A stretch of DNA of 63,859 nt, filler included, from Choristocarpus tenellus KU-1152 (lineage: Eukaryota > Protista > Phaeophyceae): assembly GCA_964200185.2 (NCBI GenBank). It is 13 parts of 13 records of this genome, joined end to end, with 100 filler letters (N's around TTAATTAATTAA, not from the genome) between each part and the next. Parts side by side here need not be neighbours in the genome. Positions count along the whole stretch, not along the records: positions 14,893 to 20,709 come from CAXNAD020009681.1; positions 20,810 to 24,067 come from CAXNAD020021217.1; positions 24,168 to 27,727 come from CAXNAD020019264.1; positions 27,828 to 32,304 come from CAXNAD020014382.1; 9 more parts are not named here. One strand, given 5' to 3'. Below the pieces are notes generated by a model. The model worked only from the letters and a program-made list of their open reading frames with translations. It was not told the origin of the DNA and ran no database searches. This document shows, piece by piece, positions 15,854 to 28,270 of this stretch. Both the position numbers and the translations under genes were made by a program. Position 1 is the first letter of the stretch. Each line of letters begins with the position of its first letter.

Positions 15854-18800
15854 ATGAGTTGTGTTTCACCACTCGTGAGGGGCGAAAACATGTCCATGGA
15901 CTGTCATTCGTCTATCGTAGAGAAATCTGCCATCGCCACCCTCCCAATCCAAAATATCGGAGAAGCCCCAAGTGAAGCCCCAAGTGGCCCAGAAACAGCC
16001 TCGGGGCGCGACGACCCCGTTCAACTGCTGTCAAGCCCGATCCCTGGCTTTCATTATCCTCGCCAACACTTCTTTACCGACCGCCTGGCTGGAAGGTTTT
16101 TCAAGGATACGTCACTAGACGCCGAAACACGGAAGATCAGCAAGTCTCTCGTAGGCCGCCTAATTACATCCAATAGCAGTCGTCACGGTACTATTAGCAG
16201 CATGCCTAGGACACTGCCATCAGTCAGGCCAAGGCGTTGCTCCATTACATCTGGGTCAATCTTTGGGCGTTCTCAGAAAGAAAGCACTTCAATTCCATCC
16301 CAAGAATTCGCAGCTCGGCCAAGGAAGCGGTCAGCTAATGTAGATGCCCGGGTCAGACGGGTGCAGCAAGTGGAACGAGAGATCGCCGAACAACGCTCTC
16401 TAATCAAGAAGCTTGAGGAGCAGATGTCCTCTTTGTCCCGCTCCAGGACCAACCAACCGCCCCGTGAAGAGGGAGTTGAGGCGAGCTTCACTGATGCTGA
16501 GAAGAGGGTACCTCGGGCAGGGGTCGTATCGAATGAAGATTGGGTGAGCAGCCGAGCTATCCAGATCCAGGGCGTTGAGGAAGATGTCACGACACGCCAC
16601 GATAAAGATCACACCCATCAAGAGCACATACCCCTGGTCCAGGTGGGATGGAAAAACTTACCCTCCACCAATATATACCAACACACTACAAGTTTCTAGG
16701 CTCCCTCGTCATCCCAAATCCTACATCATCCTCAGATGCTTTCCAATAACTGCTTTCACCTAAATCATTATCCAGAGTTCTTCGCATCAAATACAGTAGT
16801 GAGCAGTATCCATGATTGCTATTGACAATGCAAGGAGATGCTGAAGCAATGGTGAGAGACAAAGAAAGAACAATTGCCTCCTGATCTATCTTACTCCTAC
16901 ACACTTCCACAACTCTGCCTTTCCCACACGCACCCCTGGAACACCTACTGCAATATCATTCCTGTGCAATAGACTCAAGTAGTAGTTCAAGAGCGCCAAG
17001 GATATAACTGTCTAGGTTCATCAATTGTTTCTCGTCACCACGTATCTCATCAAAGGGTCGAAAAGATGAGGGATGAGGCACACCAAATGGATTGCTCTGC
17101 AACTCATATTCAGGCAGTTGGGCGAGGTCACCTAGCTCGCAGGCAATGTCACCCTTATTTATCCAGTATTATGGACAAGAAGGTTGACCCCACGACAAAG
17201 GACGAGAGAGCTTCTGTGGTGATCCAGAAAACCATTCATGGGAGGGCAGGGCATGGAGCAGGTGAAACACTCCCTTCTGCTGTGCAAGACCTCCAGGTTT
17301 GTCTAGATGCAATGGTGCAACTAACTGAGAAAAATTCCCTCACACGTGATTGGGCCCATGTTGGAGGGGAATCATCCAAAGTGCTCTCATGGACAGTCAA
17401 TGAGGACATTCATGGCGCAGTAAAGTGGCTTGTTGAGACATCGCATATGCCAGGTCTAGCAGCACCTCCTTTTGAGATTCTCCTAAACCTTTACCAGGGT
17501 CTTCACTCTCTTGAAGAGGCAGTGGGACAGTGGTCTCCTTGTCTGTTGTGGACACAGCAGGCTGATGAAGGTACAGGGGAGGCTGAGGACGGGATGGGAC
17601 GGGCAGAAGTGAAGGCAAAGTATACCACCCACTGTCACAGTATTAAGGCAGCCCTTGATAAGATTCAGACTGCAGTAGGTGCAACCCATTCTGAAGGCAT
17701 CTGCCGCCCAGGGTCATCCCTACTTTGTAATCAGGCTTTTCCTGATGCCGTACTTGAGGGGAGTGCAAGCACGGCCCACGGCAAAATAATAGCTGGCTTT
17801 TCTGTGGGTGGTGAACCACCACCCACACCACCACAATTCGATATGTCTTCTTCTCCAAAGTATTCCCCTGCTTTGGAAGAAGCAAGTGGACTGGTAGGTG
17901 GAGACCAGAGTGTGGAAGGTGTGTTGAGTTGTGGTGGGGTAGGCAACAAGTGGGAGCGAGAAGAAAGTGGTGCAAGAGACAGGGCAATGGGTGGGCATGT
18001 TCCCCTGCACATGCTTACTGTGGAGGAAGTGGGACATCTGCTGGAATATAATGGATTGGGATACCTTGCTTCTTCTTTTGCTGCACAAGCTGTGGATGGA
18101 GCCATGTTGAGTGACCCCCACCTATGTGAAGCGGACTTTGAAGAATTGGGTTTGATGGTTGGGGGGGGAGTCCCGAAATGGACGTGGGACACTGAGCAGA
18201 AACAAGACATGAGGGAGGGGAGCACTGGATGGGGAATGGGAGAAGAGCAAGGGGATGCTGGAGAGGGCACCCAAGCTGACCTTGTTCATCTCTTTCGAAA
18301 GTATCAGACTGAGGGTGTAGCATCAAGAGAATTTCAGAGAACAGACTGTACATCTCACGAAACAAGCTTAATCGGTGGAATTTGTAGCAATGCATGCAAG
18401 GCAGACGGGATGAACGGTACGGAGTTGAGTGCAGGAGCAGGAGTAATGGAAGGGGTACAGGAAGTGGAAGCTATAGGTGTGTCTTGTCAGAAGGAAGAGG
18501 TCGGAAATGCATGGAATCTTGTTGGCAAAGGAAAGCAACTTGGGGACGAACTTGTGGATACGTTACCTCCTGCTGTGAGTGACACGGCTGTAAGAAAGAA
18601 TAGCACATGGGCGAACAAGCCAATACCTCTGAATTGCGCCAATAAGGTCCTTCTTGCGGACATTTCTGTCTCTGTTGATGGCGAGGACAAGGGCGTGGAC
18701 TCGGGAAGGAGGAACGGTTGCAACAGTTCATGTGAGGTGTCTGGAGGGTTTAGAAGTGGCGACATGTCAGGGGGAAACAATGGCAATAGAGGAAAGGGGA

Positions 18801-19057
18801 AGCGAATATCTCTATCACTAAACTGCGGAGTCGCTGTCGTATCCCCGTTAGATGGTCAGCCTACAATCACACGAAGCGTTAGTGGGCTCACACTGGTAGA
18901 TAACTGCGAAGTAGGGGCTGAATTGGGTGACGAGGTCTCACCAGTCCAGGAGGAGGGGGGGGCATTGGAGGTTCTTTGCCCGGGTGTGCCTGTCCTTGCA
19001 CACTCTGATACCATTGATATTTTTCCGTCCCCCTTTGTTTCTTGCACCGAGCCATAG
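15854..19057 (+). CDS. Uncharacterised protein with coiled coil, IQ motif(s) and a SAM-like domain; exons ~15854-16642 and 16973-19057
   Basis: The phase-0 donor CAG|GTGGGA at 16642 joins in frame to acceptor CAATAG|ACT at 16973, which is open to the stop at 19057. IQ motif ATHIQAVGRGHLARR. SAM-like segment LTVEEVGHLLEYNGLGYLASSFAAQAVDGAMLSDPHLCEADFEELGL. The true start is uncertain (in-frame acceptor at 15820). Confidence 0.75.
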
Positions 19058-21139
19058 TAAGCAGAGGTATTGAGAGTGAGACAGGGGAGTTTTACAATGT
19101 TTTATTGGTGCTGTGACATTGCAGATGTGGTGGGGGGGGTGGGGGGAGCTGGTCCAGTCAGATACCGTGTATCCAGGGATTTTGATTGGATTTACAGCGG
19201 TACACATTGATGCTGATATTGCTGGTAGGTTTTGGTTAGGGCGGGGGAGGGGTTGCATGTCTAAGAGCTGCAGCGTTTTTTGTTCTTGTGTTGTTTTGTT
19301 GGTATCCCAAGTCCCTAGGTTCGAACTATTGCCAGTACCTTTGTTCATGTTTACAAGAAAGGGGTGGGTTCTCACGAGTTGGGACGAGTACAGTGTTGGG
19401 AAGGAGGTAACTGGGGTGAACGGTTTCCTTGCCCACAGATAAATACTGCAATATTGGCGTACTCTGCGAGATATCTTCTTCTTTTTTCTAGACCATCGCC
19501 TCCTACCTGTGCACTGTTCATCCCTTCAGCAGGTCGGAGAGGGGAGAGGGGAATTGAATTATCCCTGCAGGTAGAGAGACTATGGTATTGTCCTTGATTC
19601 CTTAGTATGAAGTATACTTTAAACCTCTCTTGTTAAAATGAAATGTACCATTTTGGTACAACGAGGTCTTTCAAAAGTTGTGCACCTTGGTCGGTGTTAC
19701 TCCCCCACTGTGTATTGTCTTTACCTGTATTACCCCCCCTTCTCCCTTTCATGTATTTGAGTCTCTAACCCAACCCTCTGTTTGTGTTCACTACTAGTGT
19801 AGTAGGGAGGGATGATCAATACTAGCAATGCTGTTTTTTTTGTTTTAATGGATGAGGTGGGATTGGGGATCTATTGTTGTTCAGTGCAAAGGTATCCTAT
19901 TAATTGACTCAATGTGTGCCAAAACAGTTTTTATTCATTCTGTTGGTTTTTGACAAAAAAAAGGAAAACCTATTTTTTTCAACCCCCAACTTCAGTAAGC
20001 AAGTGAACTCACCGCCTTCTGTGTAGTATGGAAATTTTGGTAGCCTGTTCGGGGGGAGTGCCCTGTTCCGGTGCTTGCAATAAGAGCCCTAACCCTAACC
20101 TCGCCTCTTTTTGTCCAACACAAAAAGCAGGTACATTCTCATTTGAAGTATTATTATTTACTCCAGAGTATTTGATGTTCACACTCCCCTTTTTCATTGT
20201 GAAGGTTTCTGCCGGCCCATTTATGACCTCTCGCCTCATCCTAAATGCAAGCTTTAGTGTTCTATTCAAACCAGATAATCAAAAGCACAACGCAAAATAG
20301 CATTGATTATATCGTTAGAGTAACAGAAATTTGTGCATTATATACCTCAGTACCTCAACAAAGCATGGTATTGTAGTATTAGCACATTCAGTACATAGAT
20401 AATGCTGTAAACTTGGGACTAGTGCAAAATAAGTTCCTGTTCCTGTGCAGTTTGATTGACGGACCAGCATGACTGAGAAGCATTGGCGGTGTTAGAGTAC
20501 CTTTTCTCTGTCATATTTTACAACGACCAGTATTTCTTTTATGGCGACAATCATCCAGCTGTCCACATAGGAAACCTGTTTTGAACAAGTTAATCTCCAC
20601 CCAATACTATAATACTATGTAGGGCACTAAATTTATACAACTTATTGGCTCAAAGTATCTGGGGGGGATGTGGCGGCTGTCCATTTGGGGTCAATTTTTT
20701 CATGTTGTGNNNNNNNNNNNNNNNNNNNNNNNNNNNNNNNNNNNNNNNNNNNNTTAATTAATTAANNNNNNNNNNNNNNNNNNNNNNNNNNNNNNNNNNN
20801 NNNNNNNNNGCCCCGTTTTGGTTGATATTTTGGTTAGCAACATTTCAGTGTCTGCACAATACACCCATAAAATATGGACATGAGAAAAAAGATCTTGCTT
20901 CTTCATAGGGGCGGCATAAGTTATGTTACATTTAATCCCAACGGTGGAAGTAGTAAATATATAACATGAAACAAAATTCCACGCATATAAGCGTCCTGGA
21001 CTTCTTACTACACACACATCTGTGTAGGTTACTCATGGATTGGAACCAAGAAAGTCCAGAGATTATTTGGAAGATTTCTGTCTATACGCAAATACTAGGG
21101 TGCAACTTATAGCTGTGGCATGTACATGCACATACATTT

Positions 21140-21390
21140 TGGACTCCTGGACTAGTGTAACACACAGTGGGCATGGTCCAGATATGGCAGAAAAAAGCTC
21201 AACTTGGTAACATCCATTGTCCGGACATTAAAGAAAAGCGTTGGACTAACTGGGCTGCAGACACAGGTCAGTTCAATTACCCAGTGGGTATGCTCCAGAT
21301 ATATTCGAGAATCCTAGACCCTATCCAGCCAGCAGGCATGGACCAGGATATGTTAAATACTTGTGGGACTGGCCCAGCCAGTTGAAGCGA
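21140..21390 (+). repeat. Dispersed GGACCAG/CCAGTCC-rich repeat, homologous to 25520-25760; similar motif-rich tract at ~51870-52070
   Basis: Collinear matches, e.g. gtgggcatggtccagatatggcag vs atggacatggtccggatatgacag, and catggaccaggatatgtt vs catggaccaggagatgtt. Confidence 0.65.
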
Positions 21391-22606
21391 GCAGTTTAAT
21401 TTGTTGGTCGGGTGAAGAGCCTTATCTTGGCATACATCCTTGCGATTGTTCACAAGGAATCATCTTCTGTATTACAACTCTTGTGCTATTAATTTTACAT
21501 TTATAAAACGTGTGTTTTGTTAGATTCCTGAAACGAAAAAACAATTTCTCCAGTTTTTTTTTTCTCAAATATCATCTTTATTTTTGTAGATACATTTGAA
21601 TTGTATATTTTTCTGTATCATGATTGTTGTAACTGATTGAATTGACCCGTTATTGCAAAGCAGAGAAGAGCTTTTTAAAATTGCGCAAAGAGTTCCTTTC
21701 ACGGGTGGGTTAAAGTGCTGCTTGCGATTTTTCACATGAGGTTTCTAGACACACAAAATTCATATATTTGTCAGGGATGATCCTGACCCATGGTTAGAGG
21801 GAGAACACCCTGCCCTACTTCTCAAACTACTGACAAACTGTAGACACACAATTATAGGAACCCCCAAACGAAATCACGACAGCTCAATATCTAAATCTGG
21901 AGTGTCATCGTTGTACCCACAAGATGCATGATCTCTCAACAAGAATCTACAGATCAAGGTTCTTTCTGACAACATCGCAAAAATGGGTTTGTTTTTCCTA
22001 TCTCTTAATTGTAACTCCTGGGACAGAAGGGTGCAGATATACACTTTGCATATAGCAAAAACTATTACTGTAGTATCTTCGTACTCTAGGTGAAGATTAT
22101 AAAAAAAATATGGTTTACTCTGGAGTATTGTTGTGATGTCTAGGATCATTATTTTTTATGATCTTGTTAAAACAAAGGCTACTCATCTTTTGTGTACTTG
22201 ATACGATACAGTATTTAACACTCATACGGACTGTTGATTCTCAAGTTCAGTACTGGCCGTTAGTCACATTTACGCCGTTGCCACCTCATCATAGCATCAA
22301 CTACTGTTAGAGCATCATGATGCATAGGACATATGGAACAGTTGACATCTGTCGAACATACATATATGTCCCATATGAATTGTTCCAGATATTGATTCAT
22401 GTTTGTTTCTTTGTTTTTCTCTTGATCTTCACATCAGAGCCGTCAGTTGCGTCTCATATGTTGATTATTCTTTTTCTGGTTGGCATTGCCCCCTTCTAAG
22501 ACATCAAGCGCACTCTGCACTATGTGTACCTGATACACAACTAGATGCCATATATTCATAGTCAAAGTATCCTCAAAAATCATTTTTCACAAGGTGCCAA
22601 GCCTCT

Positions 22607-22863
22607 GAATGAAAGTATCTTATAGGGTACGAGTTTTGCTCTGCTTGTCCGTTTGGGGCTTGGCTTCCCACAGGTTTCTTATGGCATTTTCCTACTCCGA
22701 AATGTTTCAGAGCAGGTAAAATGCGTATGTTGCGAGAGGTGTGTATAGGAGAAGGATATTGACATCTCCTAACAAATATGATAGCCAAAATCACATCAAA
22801 ATCGCTACATTGGAGTTTGGCCCCCAACGGACACGGCTCTACCCTCTTAAGATACTTTAACTC
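22607..22863 (-). mobile_element. MITE family A copy
   Basis: Reverse-orientation homolog of 12233-12491 with both TIRs; TSD not clean. Confidence 0.88.
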
Positions 22864-24005
22864 TCCTACTCAGAGCATGTACTTCTTCCTTTGAGCGTCT
22901 CCAGGGATACCCACAACCTTTATCAAATAACCTATGACTATGCACATCATGTCACTAAGTTCATCAGCATGAATTCACCGGTGCTTAATTTTACTATGAG
23001 ACCCCTTCACCACAACCAACCTGCCACTGTACGAGAGTACAATTCATTCAGTCCCAGGTCTCAACAGGTTATGAGCCTCACACGATTTCCCTTACCCATT
23101 TTTTTTTTAACAGGATCTTGCTATCCGAGCTGGGGAGATCTGTAAGCATGAACATGCGGTATTGAAAGAGGTCCTGGACAATGATCGCTGCCTGCTAGAG
23201 TTCATGAATCTCATGGATAGTCACAAGAAGTAGTGAAGTAAAAACCTAGCTGCTAATTGTGCATGTGTGAAGGGAGGAGTGCTTTTTTATTGCTCAAGAA
23301 AATTGAATAAAGATTTGGGATCAGGAAAGATACCTCCTACATGGCACCAACTATGTGGAACAAAACATTGTAACGATTATATTGGTGTGGAATGCATGTG
23401 GTACACGAGAGTGACCTTGTAAGCTCTCCGTAGTGTTGCATGTTCAGTGTGTGCAATGATGTACTATTTTGGTATGTAGTGCATCTTGTCCTCTGGTTGG
23501 ATTGATGTTGAGACGGCCTTAATTTTATTTCCAGAGGGGTGGGGGAGGTGGGGGGGACTCCTCCTGTTAGTTCACCCTGCAGACTCTTGAATTGAGAGGT
23601 GCTCTGTTGCAGATGGGGCTATTTACATTGGTCTCCTTTGATATTATCCGGTTGTATATGGTTTAGATGGCAATGAAAATACACACTTTGAACTATTTTT
23701 TTATCCGTCAGAGTATAGTAGTAACATGCTGTGGAGCATAGCTATGGTTTTATAATATTTTGAGAGGTGTTCTATATTTGTGTTGAGATATCAGACATGG
23801 TGTGATCTCTTCTTTTGCGAACATAATCTCATGCTTGGGAAAACTGAAACTAATCTGGAAGATTGCATTGGTCTGGCATCATAGTATGGAATAGTGCATT
23901 TTTATGGCAGGATGGTATGGGAGATAGCATTTTTGTAGCAGCACTGTGTATGAGATTTTTGGTGTTGCCTAGGTGGTGGGGGGGGGTTGCTTGGTTTCTA
24001 CATAT

Positions 24006-24067
24006 AACAGGGGATTCGCAAAATTGAGGATGGAGCGGGACTATGAGGATGGTTGTTTTGCGAAAAC
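24006..24067 (+). mobile_element. MITE family D-like left end, cut by contig end
   Basis: aacaggggattcgcaaaattgaggatggagc resembles the family D TIR; preceded by ATAT. Confidence 0.65.
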
Positions 24068-24178
24068 NNNNNNNNNNNNNNNNNNNNNNNNNNNNNNNNN
24101 NNNNNNNNNNNTTAATTAATTAANNNNNNNNNNNNNNNNNNNNNNNNNNNNNNNNNNNNNNNNNNNNCCTCTTCAAAC

Positions 24179-24325
24179 AACAGCCGATTTCAAAAATTGA
24201 GGATGGAGCTTTTCCGTGAGGATGGGCTTGACCCAAAATTGACTGGGATAAAGTGTCGATATGTTTTTTTTGTATTGATCATCCTCACGGAAAAGCTCCA
24301 TCCTCAATTTTTGAAATCGGCTGTT
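24179..24325 (+). mobile_element. MITE family D, 147 bp, perfect ~46-bp TIRs, TSD AAAC
   Basis: AACAGCCGATTTCAAAAATTGAGGATGGAGCTTTTCCGTGAGGATG and its exact reverse complement ending at 24325; flanks aaac|...|aaac. Confidence 0.93.
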
Positions 24326-26094
24326 AAACGTCAAAATCATCCATAGCTGCGCGAACGCGTGGCACCCCCGCGCGAACTACTTGATTTAAGTATGGTACTC
24401 TATTGCTTATGATTACTGGAAGTTGACCAACCGAGACCCATCAGATAAGGTTAAGCATGCTGGTGCGATTACAACCGAATTTTCATGAAAAAAAAAAAAT
24501 GATCAAAAATTATGACATGACAAAGTTGATGCAAGAGGCGACTGCCAACACTGTTTTACGTTTTGTGTAGGAGGTTTGGTATTGTATTGTCAAATGAACT
24601 ATTTCGTATTGAGGAGTAGGTATCGCAAAACATCAAAAGCTTGTTTGAAGGCTTTGTCCGCTTTTATTTTTCTGTTCATATTTTTGTGGGACAAAGTTCT
24701 AAATTGATATGAATATTAACGTGTTTTTGGTAATTGTTTTTATCACTTCTTGCCATGGTTTTGGGCATGTTCTCCATACATACGAAATAAGATTAAAATC
24801 TCCAAAATACATCCAGAAAAAGATACTCTACAACAGTCTCCAACATACGTCCAGAAAAACTGTGATAAACCAACACAATAATATGTCCCCTCTAAGAAGT
24901 TCTCTCCATTATCCATTAAAATCGTCCAAATCATTGAAAAGTTGAGAGAAAAACATGTTTAAAATGAACTAAAGAAGCACCTCCCCCAAAAATCGAAAGG
25001 GAACTAAAGTGGTCTCTCAAAATGACTTGAAACTATCTCGAAACATATACTCGATTTGTTTGAAAACAGTCTCAAAGAATTAGTTCCAAAATTGCTAGAA
25101 AATGCGAAGAAAAATTGGAGAGCAGTGATTTTGTATGAATGTGGTCGTGGTTTCTTTTTAATGTACACTTTATCATATTCTACCCTCAATAGTATTATTT
25201 GATCATATTTGTTCGAGTACGCACGTGAAAAGGAGAGGTGAGCCATGGTTTGGGAAAATTAATATTCTGGTGTTCCAAAGGTACACATCTAGTCAGCGGG
25301 CGAGTCGTAACAGTTGCGCTGTGATGCCTACAACTTGAGAAGTCAGTTTGTGGATTGTTTCGAACAAAGAAATCTCAAAAGAAGATGTGAAATAGTACTA
25401 TCTATAATATGCACATACTGGAGTATAACTCAACATTTTGATGTGTAGACATTTTTCATCATGGATGAGCACAAACATGAGTCATCCCAGAAAAACGTTA
25501 CCACTAACCAGGTAGCGTGTACACGGACTGGTGCAATTGCCGAGTGGACATGGTTTGGTCATAATAGAGAGTGGTAAACCTAGTCCGGTCGTCAGACATG
25601 GACCAGTACAATATCCAATGGACATGGTCCGGATATGACAGAGAAATTGACCCGACCTGGCTGGCAGACACGGACCGGTTCAACGACTAGTGGACATGGA
25701 CCAGGAGATGTTTAAGCAATTGTGGAACAGGACCAGTCCGGGTGGCAGCAGACAGGGCCATTCTAATTTTATGATTAGTGAAAAGCCGTGAAAATGACTC
25801 GTACCGTGAGTGTCTCCGCATTTCATTCACGACAAGCATGAGGGCTTGCCACATCGCTCGTGTTCTATCGAGACTGGGCATAAATAGACGAGGGGAAGAG
25901 AAGATCATAGACTCGCCTGTCCTTGAAGCACTTTTTTTGAAGTATCGCCCACCATATGTAAGTATAGGAGTGATAGACACAGGGATGTACGGATCTCAAA
26001 GGAGGTAGGCAGTTAGTAGCATTAAATAGGACCGACCTTGAAACAACTTCAGCATTTTCTATCGATCCGTTTATATGGTAGAAGAGTTCTTGGT

Positions 26095-26267
26095 GGCTTG
26101 AAGTATCTGGGAGAGAGGTGGGGTGTACACCAGGGTGTCCATTTGGGTTCTGACCAGGAAAAGTACACTTACAGTATCCATCTGACACATGGAACCAAAT
26201 AGCAACATGGAAAAATGGGCCCCAAATGGACAGTCGCCATCCCTCCCCCCCCTCGATACTTTGAACC
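26095..26267 (-). mobile_element. MITE family B, full length, TSD TGGT
   Basis: TIRs ggcttgaagtatctggg / tcgatactttgaacc; flanks tggt|...|tggt; reverse homolog of 45048-45227. Confidence 0.88.
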
Positions 26268-28175
26268 TGGTTTTCCTCCACCTTGGGTGGATGTAGACAA
26301 ATACAACAAACGAGTCACCTCTAGTGGCATCCGACGCATTTCCATTCCCAAAAGAACAGGAGTCTTCAAGGACAATCACACACCAGCCCTCGGGGTAACC
26401 ACAATGATTGTCAAAAAATCAAAACTTCATTCCGAACATAATACTTCAGCCAATGATAAAAGTGCACCATGCTGGAGATGACATCTTGCAAAAGCCTTGC
26501 ACGAGGGGGAAAAGTCAACCCTAGAGGAGGATGTTCAAGATGCAGATAAAATAGTTGTGTTGCCATTCATTCTCAGAGTGGTGATCGATCTTTGCAACTT
26601 TCCCAACATAAATTTCCACACCTCACCTGAAGATCGCAGTAAACTAACACTGTAGGTGTGTACCTCTTCTAAAGGAGTGGAAAGCAATATAAAAAAATAA
26701 AAAATAGGGGGGGGGACCAAAAAGAAGGCGATTTTATCAAGAACATACATATATATTTTTTACTGTTTTGACACGATTACTTTTTAAATATAAATAAATT
26801 AAAATATTTTTTGGACAAAACTGTGGGAAACAACAAGGTGCTTTAAGGCTGACCTTCCCTTCCTCTTCACCCTTCCCATCGATTGACATGATCAAAAAGA
26901 AGAGACAGGCCTAACACAGTTCTCATTTAGAATGCCGGTACACAGCTGGCTTGGGGAGTGGGGCAGTTGGCCACAGGGCAAGGAAGAAGATAAGCTACTA
27001 CTCCCTACCCCTTGAAACACATTCCACTTGAACGACACCACGAGAGAAAATATGGCCAACCAACACAGCCATACACACAATACTACAGCACTCCTGTGTT
27101 TGATGTCACCTCAAAACAGACTCGACGCAAAACATGCACTGCAACAGACTCATCACAACTTTCTAGTTCATTAAATACGGCTGGCCAGCTCTCAGCCTAA
27201 AACTACGCCAAAACCAAGGTACAGCAGAGCACTTTCCTCCTCTCCACAAACTTCATCCATCCAAAAAGACTAATAGCACCGATACACGACTAGTGGTTTC
27301 ACTTTATTTACTACCGACAAGAAATGAGAAAAAATAAAACGTAACTCAAGTAAAAAATATCTCCTACCAGGACAGTGCTAGATGGCACTCACTCACCTGC
27401 CATCAAAACAACTACTCTCTACAACCAGTATTCACGGATCTCATTGCCTACCTTATATCCATACTGGGACCACGATTGATTCTCACTCACAGCTAGCTTA
27501 CAAATGAAATGTGGACCTAAGTCACCCAACAAGCATACACTTCTAGCAGAACAACCTCCAAGCATACTATTCAATCATGAACAAAAAACGCAAAAAATAA
27601 ATTTTCGCAGTCACAAATACATCACAATAAGCGGTTCTCGTAATTAAAAAAAGTGTCAATAGGTAGACAAAAAAAGGAAAAAGATAAGATAAGCAAATGA
27701 GCAAAAACAATCCCCCTCCTCCCCCCCNNNNNNNNNNNNNNNNNNNNNNNNNNNNNNNNNNNNNNNNNNNNTTAATTAATTAANNNNNNNNNNNNNNNNN
27801 NNNNNNNNNNNNNNNNNNNNNNNNNNNTCTGGTCAAATACCCTAACCCTAAATATCCCAAATGTTCCGCATTATCTTCTGTACGTACATAAAATAATACT
27901 TCAAATCACATTCTCACAAATAGTCAAGCATAATCTTGACAGGAGGTGCTTGGATTATCCCTGGATATTGATGCCTTAAGGTTGTGTTTCCTTTAATGAT
28001 AGATATTAGCAGGAGTATACTAACCAACATCGGTACTGTGATCTCTACAATAAGCTAAGCTATTGGAACATGCCCATCTAGGTGTGTCTCAGATTGATAC
28101 AGACCTGTACACTATGGGCTGGGGAAGTGCCATCGATCCACACCCTATCCACGCACTCATCTGCCTGTAACGTAA

Positions 28176-28270
28176 CTGAATGAATATATTGAATGATGCA
28201 TTCAACAGAATTAACGATACGTCTGAATGAATATATTGAATGATGCTTTCAACAGAATTAACAATACGTC
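28176..28270 (+). repeat. Two-copy ~47-bp tandem duplication
   Basis: ctgaatgaatatattgaatgatgc(a/t)ttcaacagaattaac(g/a)atacgt occurs twice. Confidence 0.9.
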
